DNA of 64,000 nt, taken from a virus. The DNA lies in the IMG/VR virus record IMGVR_UViG_3300042940_001100, positions 32,001 to 96,000 of that record, one strand, 5' to 3'. Below the pieces are notes generated by a model that saw only the letters and a program-made list of their open reading frames with translations, did no database searches and was not told the origin of the DNA. The position numbers and the translations under genes were made by a program. Shown piece after piece: positions 19,920 through 29,068 of this stretch (the first letter of the stretch is position 1; every line of letters begins with the position of its first letter).

Positions 19920-22739
19920 ATGACCAAAGATGAGATTTTAAATGGCATGTCAGAGCAAGAGTTCTACAGCATGTATCCTACTAGAGAGGCTTGGGAACAG
20001 TCTCAACAAGAAATGGCCTATGGTGGTTCTCCTTTTATTCAAGGCTTTCCTTTTGGTGCTGGTATAACAATGGCACATGGTGGAACTCCTTATTATGGTG
20101 GTCCAATTTATCCAGCTCAAGATGGAATACAAACTCCAGGATTTGATAGTACTAACATGGTTCTTACAGGACAAGATAATCTTAGTGATCAACAAATAGC
20201 AAATGCTAACTTAAAGTCGTTAGGTAATAATGAATATATAAACAGTGAAGGTGATAGCCGCTTTGTAAAGAATGTTAATCCAGTTGTAGTTCCTTTTAAT
20301 CCTTATGGTGTACAATCAAAAGGAAAATTTGCCAATAATCCTAATTCTTTTCTTAATACAGGAATTCCTGGAGTTAGCACTTCAACAAATAATAGTTCTG
20401 TAACAGATCAACAAGTTAATACTAAAGTAAGAGGTTCAGTACTTCCTATTCTAGGAAAAAAACAAAAATATGGTGGATTGCCTGGTGGGCCTCATCAATA
20501 TGATATGCCTTGTATGAATTGTGGTGGTTATATGGAAGATGGCGGTAATGCTAGTCCATTTAACTACGGAGCATTTCCTGCTATGCAAGGTGGTGGTGAT
20601 CCTAATGATTTATGGTTAGCTCAACAACAATTAGCTTTAGAAAAAAGAACTAAACAAGGTGTTCCTTCCGATGTTAAACCTACAGGAACTAATCCTCTTA
20701 ACTTTAATCCTTACATTAAAGGAAGTGATATTGCTCAGACTGATTCTATGCATACTAGTCCTTACAATCCTAACATTGCTGCTTACTTTAAAGGTAATAA
20801 GATGATAGCAGGACCTGCGCAAAATACAGGACAAGCTATTAAAGCAGCAAGGAAAGTCAATACCGGAAAGTTTTATAAAAAAGATAATGAAATCTACCCT
20901 AACTATCAACAAGATGGTGGAGGATTTATTAATGATGGAAGCTATCCTCAAATGAATTTTGGTGGAATAGATTATTCTAGTACTATTAATGATGTGTTTT
21001 CTAAATACCAAAAGAAGTCTGGTGGAGTTACTAGTCAAGGAGGTAATCAAAATTTGATTAAGAAACAACAAGCTGATTTTTACAATGCTATTCAAAGCAA
21101 TGTGATTAATAAGTTCAATCAAGATGAACGCGATATAGCAAACCAGGTTACACAACAAGCTACTCAAGAAGTTGATCAAGCTTATCAAGGATATCAAATG
21201 GGTGGTGGTCCAGGAATGAGTTATGGTTATAATGCATATGGTGCACCTAACTTAGATAATCAATATAATCAAGAGATGCTTCAAGCTAAACTTGATAGTT
21301 ATAATGATCAACATGCTTTAGATAGAGAGAATATGCGCGGAGCTAATCAAATGCTTGCAGGTTATATTGATCAAACATTAAGTAATAGAAGAGCCGGTGC
21401 ACAAGAAGCAATGGGTATGTATAAAGCTCAATCTGGTGGTGATTGGGATGCTGCTTGGGCTCAACAAGAAGCTGAAGAAGCTCGGAGAACAGCAGCCTAC
21501 TCTATAGAAAAGAAAAAAGCTAAAGAAGCTTATATAAATAGTCTTAGACAAAAAGGTAAAACTGCTGAAAATACTCAAAATCTATCATGGTCTCAACAAG
21601 CAATGCAAAGCTTTGGACCAGATAATAGACTTAATGGATTTAATTACTTTCCTGGTAATGTTGGTAGAGGGTATGAATTTGGTAAAGCTGATATGGCTAA
21701 GTTATCAAAGCTTACAGCTAACGATCCTCTCACAGGTGTACAACTTAATTATGGAAGATTAGGTAGAATGGCTCCAAGATTTTTTGGTCCTAAGTCTATT
21801 ACTTTTGGTACAGTGAATCCTAATAAAGGTTACTTTGAAGATCTTAAAGAACCTGTTTCATATGATCAATCTCAACAACAAAATACTGATGTAAATTATT
21901 TTAAAGAAGATCGTGAAGCAACAAAAAGAAGAGCTGAGATAGCTAAGATTGGACCAGATGCTTATAAAAGAAACCAAGCATTTGATGATATGAGTTGGAG
22001 TGAAAAAAGAGCTTCTAAAAAAGCTATGAATCAAAATCTTAATCAAAATATTGACCAAGAAAAAAGATTTGAAAAATCAAAAAAAGCAGTAGGAGCTGTG
22101 GATACAGAAAATGCTTATGGTGGATTATATAAAGCTCAAGAGGGTTATGAAAATCCTTTGGCTTTCAAACCTACTCTAACAGAAGATGACGGTATGGATA
22201 TCATGCCGCCACCAATGTCTGTTGCTAATAAACCAGTAGATCCAAACTATAATCCTTTTACTGATCAAGCTGCTATTCAGAAAAGAAGACAAGAACAAAG
22301 AGATATGTTTGGTCCTCCTATAGATGATCAACCAGATATCATGGCTCCCGATTCTGTTACAGCTAAATCAAAATTAAAAGGTGTAAAAAATTTAATAGGT
22401 CAATATGCAGTACCGGGTATTAACAAGTTAGCTAATATGTTTGAACAAGATGATCGTGAGAATAGCGAAAGAGCATTAGAGCAAGGTATGTTAGCTGATA
22501 ATGCTAAAGTAACAAGACCCGCTAATGCTTTTAATATGGGAACTTACAATGTTAATTCAGGAGACTTTAGAGAGAATCAAAAAAACTCTAGTCAATATCC
22601 TGGATTTAATGCACAATTTGGTGGATTCAATACTATGCAAATGGGTGGAGGAATGGATGATTCATGGGAAGATGATTTAACTGAAGATGAAATTGAGAAC
22701 TTAAGAGCACAAGGATATAACATTGAATATTTAGATTAA
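19920..22739 (+). CDS. Low-complexity Q/G/N-rich cargo protein with repeated GG motifs
   Basis: 939 aa with ~15 copies of a motif such as MAYGG, MAHGG, KYGG, MEDGG, MQGGG, AQSGG, AQFGG; ends in LTEDEIENLRAQGYNIEYLD. Confidence 0.6.
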   Translation: MTKDEILNGMSEQEFYSMYPTREAWEQSQQEMAYGGSPFIQGFPFGAGITMAHGGTPYYGGPIYPAQDGIQTPGFDSTNMVLTGQDNLSDQQIANANLKSLGNNEYINSEGDSRFVKNVNPVVVPFNPYGVQSKGKFANNPNSFLNTGIPGVSTSTNNSSVTDQQVNTKVRGSVLPILGKKQKYGGLPGGPHQYDMPCMNCGGYMEDGGNASPFNYGAFPAMQGGGDPNDLWLAQQQLALEKRTKQGVPSDVKPTGTNPLNFNPYIKGSDIAQTDSMHTSPYNPNIAAYFKGNKMIAGPAQNTGQAIKAARKVNTGKFYKKDNEIYPNYQQDGGGFINDGSYPQMNFGGIDYSSTINDVFSKYQKKSGGVTSQGGNQNLIKKQQADFYNAIQSNVINKFNQDERDIANQVTQQATQEVDQAYQGYQMGGGPGMSYGYNAYGAPNLDNQYNQEMLQAKLDSYNDQHALDRENMRGANQMLAGYIDQTLSNRRAGAQEAMGMYKAQSGGDWDAAWAQQEAEEARRTAAYSIEKKKAKEAYINSLRQKGKTAENTQNLSWSQQAMQSFGPDNRLNGFNYFPGNVGRGYEFGKADMAKLSKLTANDPLTGVQLNYGRLGRMAPRFFGPKSITFGTVNPNKGYFEDLKEPVSYDQSQQQNTDVNYFKEDREATKRRAEIAKIGPDAYKRNQAFDDMSWSEKRASKKAMNQNLNQNIDQEKRFEKSKKAVGAVDTENAYGGLYKAQEGYENPLAFKPTLTEDDGMDIMPPPMSVANKPVDPNYNPFTDQAAIQKRRQEQRDMFGPPIDDQPDIMAPDSVTAKSKLKGVKNLIGQYAVPGINKLANMFEQDDRENSERALEQGMLADNAKVTRPANAFNMGTYNVNSGDFRENQKNSSQYPGFNAQFGGFNTMQMGGGMDDSWEDDLTEDEIENLRAQGYNIEYLD

Positions 22740-22743
22740 TAAC

Positions 22744-24864
22744 ATGGCAAGAGTTAGAATAACCAAAACACCTAAAGCTCTATCAGGGCTTGAAGTAAAG
22801 ATGAAGGATATGAAATCAGGATTGTATGGTACTAATGGTAACCGTCAATTTAGTTTACCTAATCAAATACAAAGCAGTAGATTCTCAGAACCTCTTACTG
22901 AGGTGAGAAATACTTTACAACCTGTAGCTAGAGAAAGTGCTAACCTTGAAGCTGAGAGAGGTGAAACTGCAATAGTTAATATGGGAGGTATGCCAGCACA
23001 TTTTAAGATTGGTGGCAAGAGACATTCAGAAGGTGGTACTCCATTGAATCTTCCTGATAACTCTTTTATCTATAGTGATACTGCTAAGATGAAGATTAAA
23101 GATCTTATTATCCAAGCTCAGTTTGGTATGGTACCAAAAAAGTCTGGATACACTCCGGCTGAGATCTCTAAGAAATATGATATCAATAAATTCAGAAAAG
23201 TTCTAGCTGATAAAAACTCAGAACCAGTTGAGAGAAAGACTGCAGAGATGATGATCTCTAACTACAACTTAAAATTAGCTAAGCTAGCTTTAATACAAGA
23301 ATCAATGAAAGGATTCCCTCAAGGAATTCCTCTTGTAGCTATGCCTTATATTATAGAGAATGAAATGGATGCCTCTCAATTCTTACCAGATCAAGCTCAA
23401 GAACAATTAGAAGGAGCTGAACAACCAGATGCTGATACCGGTGAAGCTAGATATGGTGCTAATGTTATCTCTACATGGGACACACATAGATATGGTGGTA
23501 TACCTAAAGCTCAGTTTGGTGTTAATACAACTATGGACTCTGTTCCAAGATTTGATCCAGCATTGATAGCTCAACAAGTTGCTGCAGAAGAACTTGCAGC
23601 TAAACAAAAAGGAACAATGACAACAGGGTCAGCTCCTAGAACAGTAACAGGTACTCCTTCATACAATGTACCTTTACAAATAAATGATGGAGAGTATCAA
23701 CAAACAGAACCTGATATGTTTACAAAAGCTTTACAAGGTGTTGGTGCTATTATGGAAGCTCCTCAAAGAGCTATGATGTATGCTGGTACAAGTATGTTTG
23801 GAGATGAAAACTATGAAATGACTAATCCAAAAACTGGTAAAAAAGAATGGATAGATAAAGATATTGTTGATATAAGAATGAAACAAGGATATACACCTAC
23901 AGGTAAAAAGAAAACAGGATTTTATGAAATGCCATCTGAAACATTAGAAAGAGGATATCCTGATGCTTCTCCTGCTCTTAAGTTTGCATCTGATGTTTTT
24001 GGTGATCCTTTGCTTCCTGTAACAGCATGGAAAACTGCAGGAAGATTAGCTACTAAACAAATATCTAAACCTTTAACACAAGCTATTTATCAATCTAAAG
24101 GAACACTAAGCAAAACAGAAGCTATTAAAAATTTAGGTCCTAAACTATCACCAAGAAAAAAAGAAATAGCATCTAAGGTTTATGATAAGATAATGGATGC
24201 TTATAAAAAGAATCCATCAGTTGATGAAGCTAAACTATTAAAGATAGCGGCCCCTGCAGCTCATAATGCTGCAATAGCTCATGATGCTGAAAAAGCTTCA
24301 AAAGAAGCTGTTAGAATAGCTAGAGAAGCTGCAGAAGAAGTTGCTAGAAAAGCAGAGTATGCATATGTTTATGGTATTGAAAAAGCTAAAGAAATATATG
24401 ATAAAGCACATCCAGTAATCAAAAAAATTGCTAAAGGAACAAAAAAAGTTGCTGAAAAAGTTTATAATGCTGTTGATGATCCTTACTTAGGACCAACTTT
24501 TAAGATGGCTGGAAAAAATATAATCACTTCAGGAGGTAAAACTATATTTGCAGATGAAGCCAAGAAAGAAACTAAATACTATAAAAATTTAGCACAAGAA
24601 GAAAAAGAAAGAGCAAACAAAGCAGAACAAAAATCAGACAGTTTAAGTGTGCTTTTAGCTAAGAAACCTAAAGAATCTGAACAGAAATATGGTCCTATTA
24701 TTAGTAATAGTATTGGCCAACTTGGGCCAGGTTCTATAGCAAGAAAAAATTTAGCTACAGGAGAAGAAGAATGGTTTGATCAAAAAACTGGTAAACCATG
24801 GGCTGGTAATGTAGCTCCAGCAGATACCACAAGTAAAGTAACACCTGTTCAAGGAGATTGGTAA
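22744..24864 (+). CDS. crAss-like cargo/ejection protein
   Basis: 706 aa. Motif ANLEAERGET...GKRHSEGG.PL.LP..SFIYSD resembles the crAss-like cargo protein encoded after the muzzle gene. Confidence 0.6.
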   Translation: MARVRITKTPKALSGLEVKMKDMKSGLYGTNGNRQFSLPNQIQSSRFSEPLTEVRNTLQPVARESANLEAERGETAIVNMGGMPAHFKIGGKRHSEGGTPLNLPDNSFIYSDTAKMKIKDLIIQAQFGMVPKKSGYTPAEISKKYDINKFRKVLADKNSEPVERKTAEMMISNYNLKLAKLALIQESMKGFPQGIPLVAMPYIIENEMDASQFLPDQAQEQLEGAEQPDADTGEARYGANVISTWDTHRYGGIPKAQFGVNTTMDSVPRFDPALIAQQVAAEELAAKQKGTMTTGSAPRTVTGTPSYNVPLQINDGEYQQTEPDMFTKALQGVGAIMEAPQRAMMYAGTSMFGDENYEMTNPKTGKKEWIDKDIVDIRMKQGYTPTGKKKTGFYEMPSETLERGYPDASPALKFASDVFGDPLLPVTAWKTAGRLATKQISKPLTQAIYQSKGTLSKTEAIKNLGPKLSPRKKEIASKVYDKIMDAYKKNPSVDEAKLLKIAAPAAHNAAIAHDAEKASKEAVRIAREAAEEVARKAEYAYVYGIEKAKEIYDKAHPVIKKIAKGTKKVAEKVYNAVDDPYLGPTFKMAGKNIITSGGKTIFADEAKKETKYYKNLAQEEKERANKAEQKSDSLSVLLAKKPKESEQKYGPIISNSIGQLGPGSIARKNLATGEEEWFDQKTGKPWAGNVAPADTTSKVTPVQGDW

Positions 24865-24885
24865 TTATATTTAAAATTTTAACAC

Positions 24886-26199
24886 ATGGGAAAAGAATCC
24901 GGCCTTAAAGCAACTACCATTTCAAAAGATGGTACTAAATTAAGAGATGAGTATAATGATGGAACATTTGGAAATGTAAGACCAAATCCTAATTATAAAA
25001 AAGAAGAAAAGCCTAAAGAAGGCAAATCTTCTACTACAAAAGAACAAGGTGAACCACCTTTGTTAATTGAACCTTATGCTTATAATACAGATAAGTTACA
25101 TCATTCTAAATATGATAAAGCTCAGTGGAGAAAATGGGCTCAAGAAACAGGATTTAAACCTAAAAGTAGAACAGTAGCTGGGCAAAATAAAGAATTCCAA
25201 TTATATTTATTGCAAGATGATAAATTTAAAGACAAAGTAAAAGCTATTCATAAAGAATTAGGTATGCCTTATGCAGGTAAACCTGATGATGAATTTCTTG
25301 GAGAAAGATGGGATAAGATAATGGAAAAGCTTACAACTGAACCAGAAAAACAACCAGAACCAGAAAAAGATTTACCTGAGCTTACTGTTAAGAAAGATGA
25401 AGAAAAGCCAGCAGAAGAACAAGATGTAAAGAGAAACACACCACAAGGTGTAACTGGAAACAGAAGAGCTCCTTGGTGGTTACAAGATATTATTAAAACT
25501 TCTGGTGCTGCAGCTGACTTAGCTAGAATAAAGAAGTATGATCCTTGGCAAGATACTCCACAAGTATTTTTACCTAATGCTACTTATTATGATCCTACAC
25601 GCGAACTAGCTGCTAATACTGAACAAGCTAATTTAGCTAGTCAGTTTCATCAAGCATTCACTGGTCCTAAGTCAGGAGCTATATCTGGAGTTCAAGGTAA
25701 AGCTTTGGATAATGCTGCTAATATAATGGCTAAGTACAATAACTTAAATGTTGGTTTAGCCAATCAACTATCTCAAGAAAGAGCAAGTATCTTGAATCAA
25801 GCTTCTCAAAATCAAGCTGGTTTAAATACTCAACTTTTTGATAAGTATACTATAGCTAATCAAACATTTAATACCTCTAAGAATATGGCCCGCCAGAACT
25901 TGAGACAATCTTATATGGATGCTATCACTAATAGAGCTAAGACACAAGCATTAAATACTTTATATCCTAACTATTACACAGATCCTTCTGATGGAGGATA
26001 TCTTACTTTTAATCCTAACTATACACCAACTCCTACTTATAAAGGTGATACTAATGAATTTGATGAAGCTGTAAAAAAATATGGTAGTGTAGAAAATGCT
26101 AGTAAGTACATGGATTGGAAATATCGCAAGGCATCTAAAAAAGCTTCATCAGATTATCCATATGAAGGATATGAAGGATATCAAGGAAATGAAGTATAA
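24886..26199 (+). CDS. Cargo/ejection protein
   Basis: 437 aa with a helical Q/N/A-rich C-terminal half; synteny within the ejected-protein block. Confidence 0.55.
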   Translation: MGKESGLKATTISKDGTKLRDEYNDGTFGNVRPNPNYKKEEKPKEGKSSTTKEQGEPPLLIEPYAYNTDKLHHSKYDKAQWRKWAQETGFKPKSRTVAGQNKEFQLYLLQDDKFKDKVKAIHKELGMPYAGKPDDEFLGERWDKIMEKLTTEPEKQPEPEKDLPELTVKKDEEKPAEEQDVKRNTPQGVTGNRRAPWWLQDIIKTSGAAADLARIKKYDPWQDTPQVFLPNATYYDPTRELAANTEQANLASQFHQAFTGPKSGAISGVQGKALDNAANIMAKYNNLNVGLANQLSQERASILNQASQNQAGLNTQLFDKYTIANQTFNTSKNMARQNLRQSYMDAITNRAKTQALNTLYPNYYTDPSDGGYLTFNPNYTPTPTYKGDTNEFDEAVKKYGSVENASKYMDWKYRKASKKASSDYPYEGYEGYQGNEV

Positions 26200-26263
26200 T
26201 AAACTTTATAAGTGTATTACTATACCATATAAATTTAATAGATTTACAATATAAAATTAACTC

Positions 26264-29068
26264 ATGGCAACATATCTTCAAGGCGTAACCGACTATATAC
26301 CTCAAATTCAACCTTTTCAACCGGATCTTAATTTTTACAGCAATGTAATGCAGGCCAAGCAAGGTAAGTATGATGATGCTAAAAATAAGATAAATGACTT
26401 ATATGGTAGTTTGCTATATGCAGACATGAGTAATCCTGAAAACATCAAAAGAAGAGATAACTATTTTAAAGTTATAGATCAAGATATTAAAAAAATATCT
26501 GGATTAGATTTATCCTTACAACAAAATGTAGATCAAGCATTTAATGTATTTAAAGGTTTCCATGATGACAAGTACATGCCTACTGATATGGCTTGGACTA
26601 GAAAATATAAAGCAGCTGTTAATAAACATGAGATGTTAAAAAACTGCACTGATCCAAAGAAGTGTGGTGATATGGTAGCTTGGAATGAAGGATTACAAGA
26701 ATTAGAATATAAAAGAGAAGCTTTTGCTAAAGCTGGTTTAGAGGAAACTTTAAACATGGAAGCACCTAGTTATACCGGATACTTTAACTGGAAGCCTGGA
26801 GCAATGAAGTTTGCTAAGGACCAAGGTATGAGTATTACCAAAGATAGCAGTACAGGTAAGTTTATAGTAAGAAACAAAAATGGTGAACTTATAAAAAATG
26901 GTATGGAAACTCTTCTTACTACTGTGTATGGTGATGATCCTAGAATATCAGCTAATAACTATACTAAAGCTTTTGTAAATAGAAAAAATACTATTAAGTC
27001 TACTGCTGCTATGTATGGCAGTGAAGAAGAAGCTGAAAAAATGTATATCCAGAACACCATGCATACTGGTATTAAAACATTATCTAGTAAAATAACAGAT
27101 CTAAATAATGGCTTTGAGCAGTTGGATGCTATACAGAAAAAGCTAGAGAAGCAAAAAAAGATTTCTAGTTTAACTAATGCTGAAGAAAGATACTATCAAG
27201 AAATAGTACAGCAAAAAGCAAATGTAGAAAAAACTAAGAACTATTATGACTCACAAATAAGTGAGATTCAGAATAACATGACGGATGCAGATTTAGCAAC
27301 TCTTAATAGAAAAGCTGATATTGCACAAGCTTCTGTATACTTAGATAATGATATCAAAAATATGGCTGAAGTTTTATCACATACAGATGAAGAGATTAAT
27401 ACTATCCAAAAAGTAGATCCTGACTATGAACATAAATTAGCTAAAAATCTAGCTAAGTATGAGAATGACTTGGGTATGATCAGAGATGCTGTACAAAGTG
27501 AGCTTAAAAAAGATGAGCTTTATTATGGTTCTTTTTTCAAAGACAGAAAAAAGGGTAAAGATAAAACAACAGACTTTGGAAATGAAGATATTATACCAGT
27601 AGAAGCTGTACCAGGTGGTAATAAAAACTTTAATGCAATAGACCAACCAGAAGAGTTTTTTACAAAATCAGCAGCTGATTTATATTCAAAAGCTAAATCA
27701 GCAGGATCAGAAGAAAGTATACAAGTATTGTGGGATGTATTTAATAACGCAAAAGAAGCTGCTGCTACAAAAGAGGGTGTAGGAGCAAAAAAATATCTTC
27801 AAAAGTTTTATGGTAATAAGTGGCAGAATACAATGTTTATGAACATTACCGGTTTTAAAGCATTACTAGAAGAAAATAAAAGAAGTTCTTTTAATATGAT
27901 GCATGATACTGATGATTATATTAAGGATAAGACTAATGATGTTAGAGGTTGGGGCGATGTAGCTAAAACAAAATATAATGCTGATATGGCTAAAGCTGAT
28001 TTAAAAAAGTTTTCAGCTAACAGTGAAATAGACTATTTTCAAAGTGGTGTAAAGAGTGTACTTAACAATATGAGTGCTACAAAAGAGTACAAGTATGCTA
28101 AGTATCTTCCTAACAAATACGGTCAGATTAATCTTACAGATGACATACCTCAAGAGTTTACTAAAGCTTATCTTAATGATAACAACGATGCTGATGTTGA
28201 TGATGTTTTAGATGCGTATGGAGCAACAAAGAAAGAGTTCTATAGACAATATGTATTAGCTGATAAAACTAGTATTGAACAAGGTAAAGGTTTAACTGGT
28301 TTAGGTATGAAAGGTGGTAAAGGTATAACAAAGACAGTTAATAGTAATGATCCTGAAGATGAGTTTAACAATGCTTTAATAAGTACTACTAATCAAGGTT
28401 TTGGAAATCCTGGTGCTGTTAAAATTATTATTGGTAATGCTGGTAAAGATAACTATGATATTAATAAAGAAAGTGATCCTAATGCTTCTGGTTTTATAGC
28501 AGACTTTGCATTAAAGATTAGAAGCAGAAGTACCCCTGATAAAAAGAAACCTTTATATAGAATGCTTGCTCAGGGTATAGCTGCTGATGATGATGTTAAA
28601 AGTTCTTTTACAATATACCCTACCAAAGAAGATGTAGATGAATATTTTGGTGATTCTAAAGAAGTTAAAGAAAGTGGTGTAAAAGAAAGGATCATGAGTG
28701 AAGGTATTAGTTATGTTTATGACAATACAAAGATTGCTTCACCTATAAGTGAGTTTTTAAATGTATCTCCTATAGAGAAACAACTTTTAAGCAAAGGCTC
28801 TTATAGAATAAGTGAGTTTGTAGAAACAGCTGGTACAGTTAAATTATCTTATGATGGTAAAATAACAACTGTAACCTCTTTATATAAACTATTTGATAAT
28901 TCAGAGCAAGGTTATTCACTAAAGGAGAAGATATATGTTGTTCCTAATATTAAAAAAGTTCAAGAAGTTGTTGATCAACAAATAATTGTATTAGAAGATT
29001 TACAACAATATAACCTTAATAGACAACAAGAGATCCGATTAGCTAACAAATCTAAAACACAAAACTAA
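26264..29068 (+). CDS. Large ejected virion protein
   Basis: 934 aa. N-terminal PFQPDLNFY...KQGKYD and helical content; precedes the giant proteins as in crAss-like phages. Confidence 0.6.
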   Translation: MATYLQGVTDYIPQIQPFQPDLNFYSNVMQAKQGKYDDAKNKINDLYGSLLYADMSNPENIKRRDNYFKVIDQDIKKISGLDLSLQQNVDQAFNVFKGFHDDKYMPTDMAWTRKYKAAVNKHEMLKNCTDPKKCGDMVAWNEGLQELEYKREAFAKAGLEETLNMEAPSYTGYFNWKPGAMKFAKDQGMSITKDSSTGKFIVRNKNGELIKNGMETLLTTVYGDDPRISANNYTKAFVNRKNTIKSTAAMYGSEEEAEKMYIQNTMHTGIKTLSSKITDLNNGFEQLDAIQKKLEKQKKISSLTNAEERYYQEIVQQKANVEKTKNYYDSQISEIQNNMTDADLATLNRKADIAQASVYLDNDIKNMAEVLSHTDEEINTIQKVDPDYEHKLAKNLAKYENDLGMIRDAVQSELKKDELYYGSFFKDRKKGKDKTTDFGNEDIIPVEAVPGGNKNFNAIDQPEEFFTKSAADLYSKAKSAGSEESIQVLWDVFNNAKEAAATKEGVGAKKYLQKFYGNKWQNTMFMNITGFKALLEENKRSSFNMMHDTDDYIKDKTNDVRGWGDVAKTKYNADMAKADLKKFSANSEIDYFQSGVKSVLNNMSATKEYKYAKYLPNKYGQINLTDDIPQEFTKAYLNDNNDADVDDVLDAYGATKKEFYRQYVLADKTSIEQGKGLTGLGMKGGKGITKTVNSNDPEDEFNNALISTTNQGFGNPGAVKIIIGNAGKDNYDINKESDPNASGFIADFALKIRSRSTPDKKKPLYRMLAQGIAADDDVKSSFTIYPTKEDVDEYFGDSKEVKESGVKERIMSEGISYVYDNTKIASPISEFLNVSPIEKQLLSKGSYRISEFVETAGTVKLSYDGKITTVTSLYKLFDNSEQGYSLKEKIYVVPNIKKVQEVVDQQIIVLEDLQQYNLNRQQEIRLANKSKTQN

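Noticed and set aside
24865-24885. Readthrough fusion of the 706-aa and 437-aa cargo genes (same frame)
   Set aside because: The 21-nt spacer contains a second in-frame TAA and looks like an ordinary AT-rich translation start.
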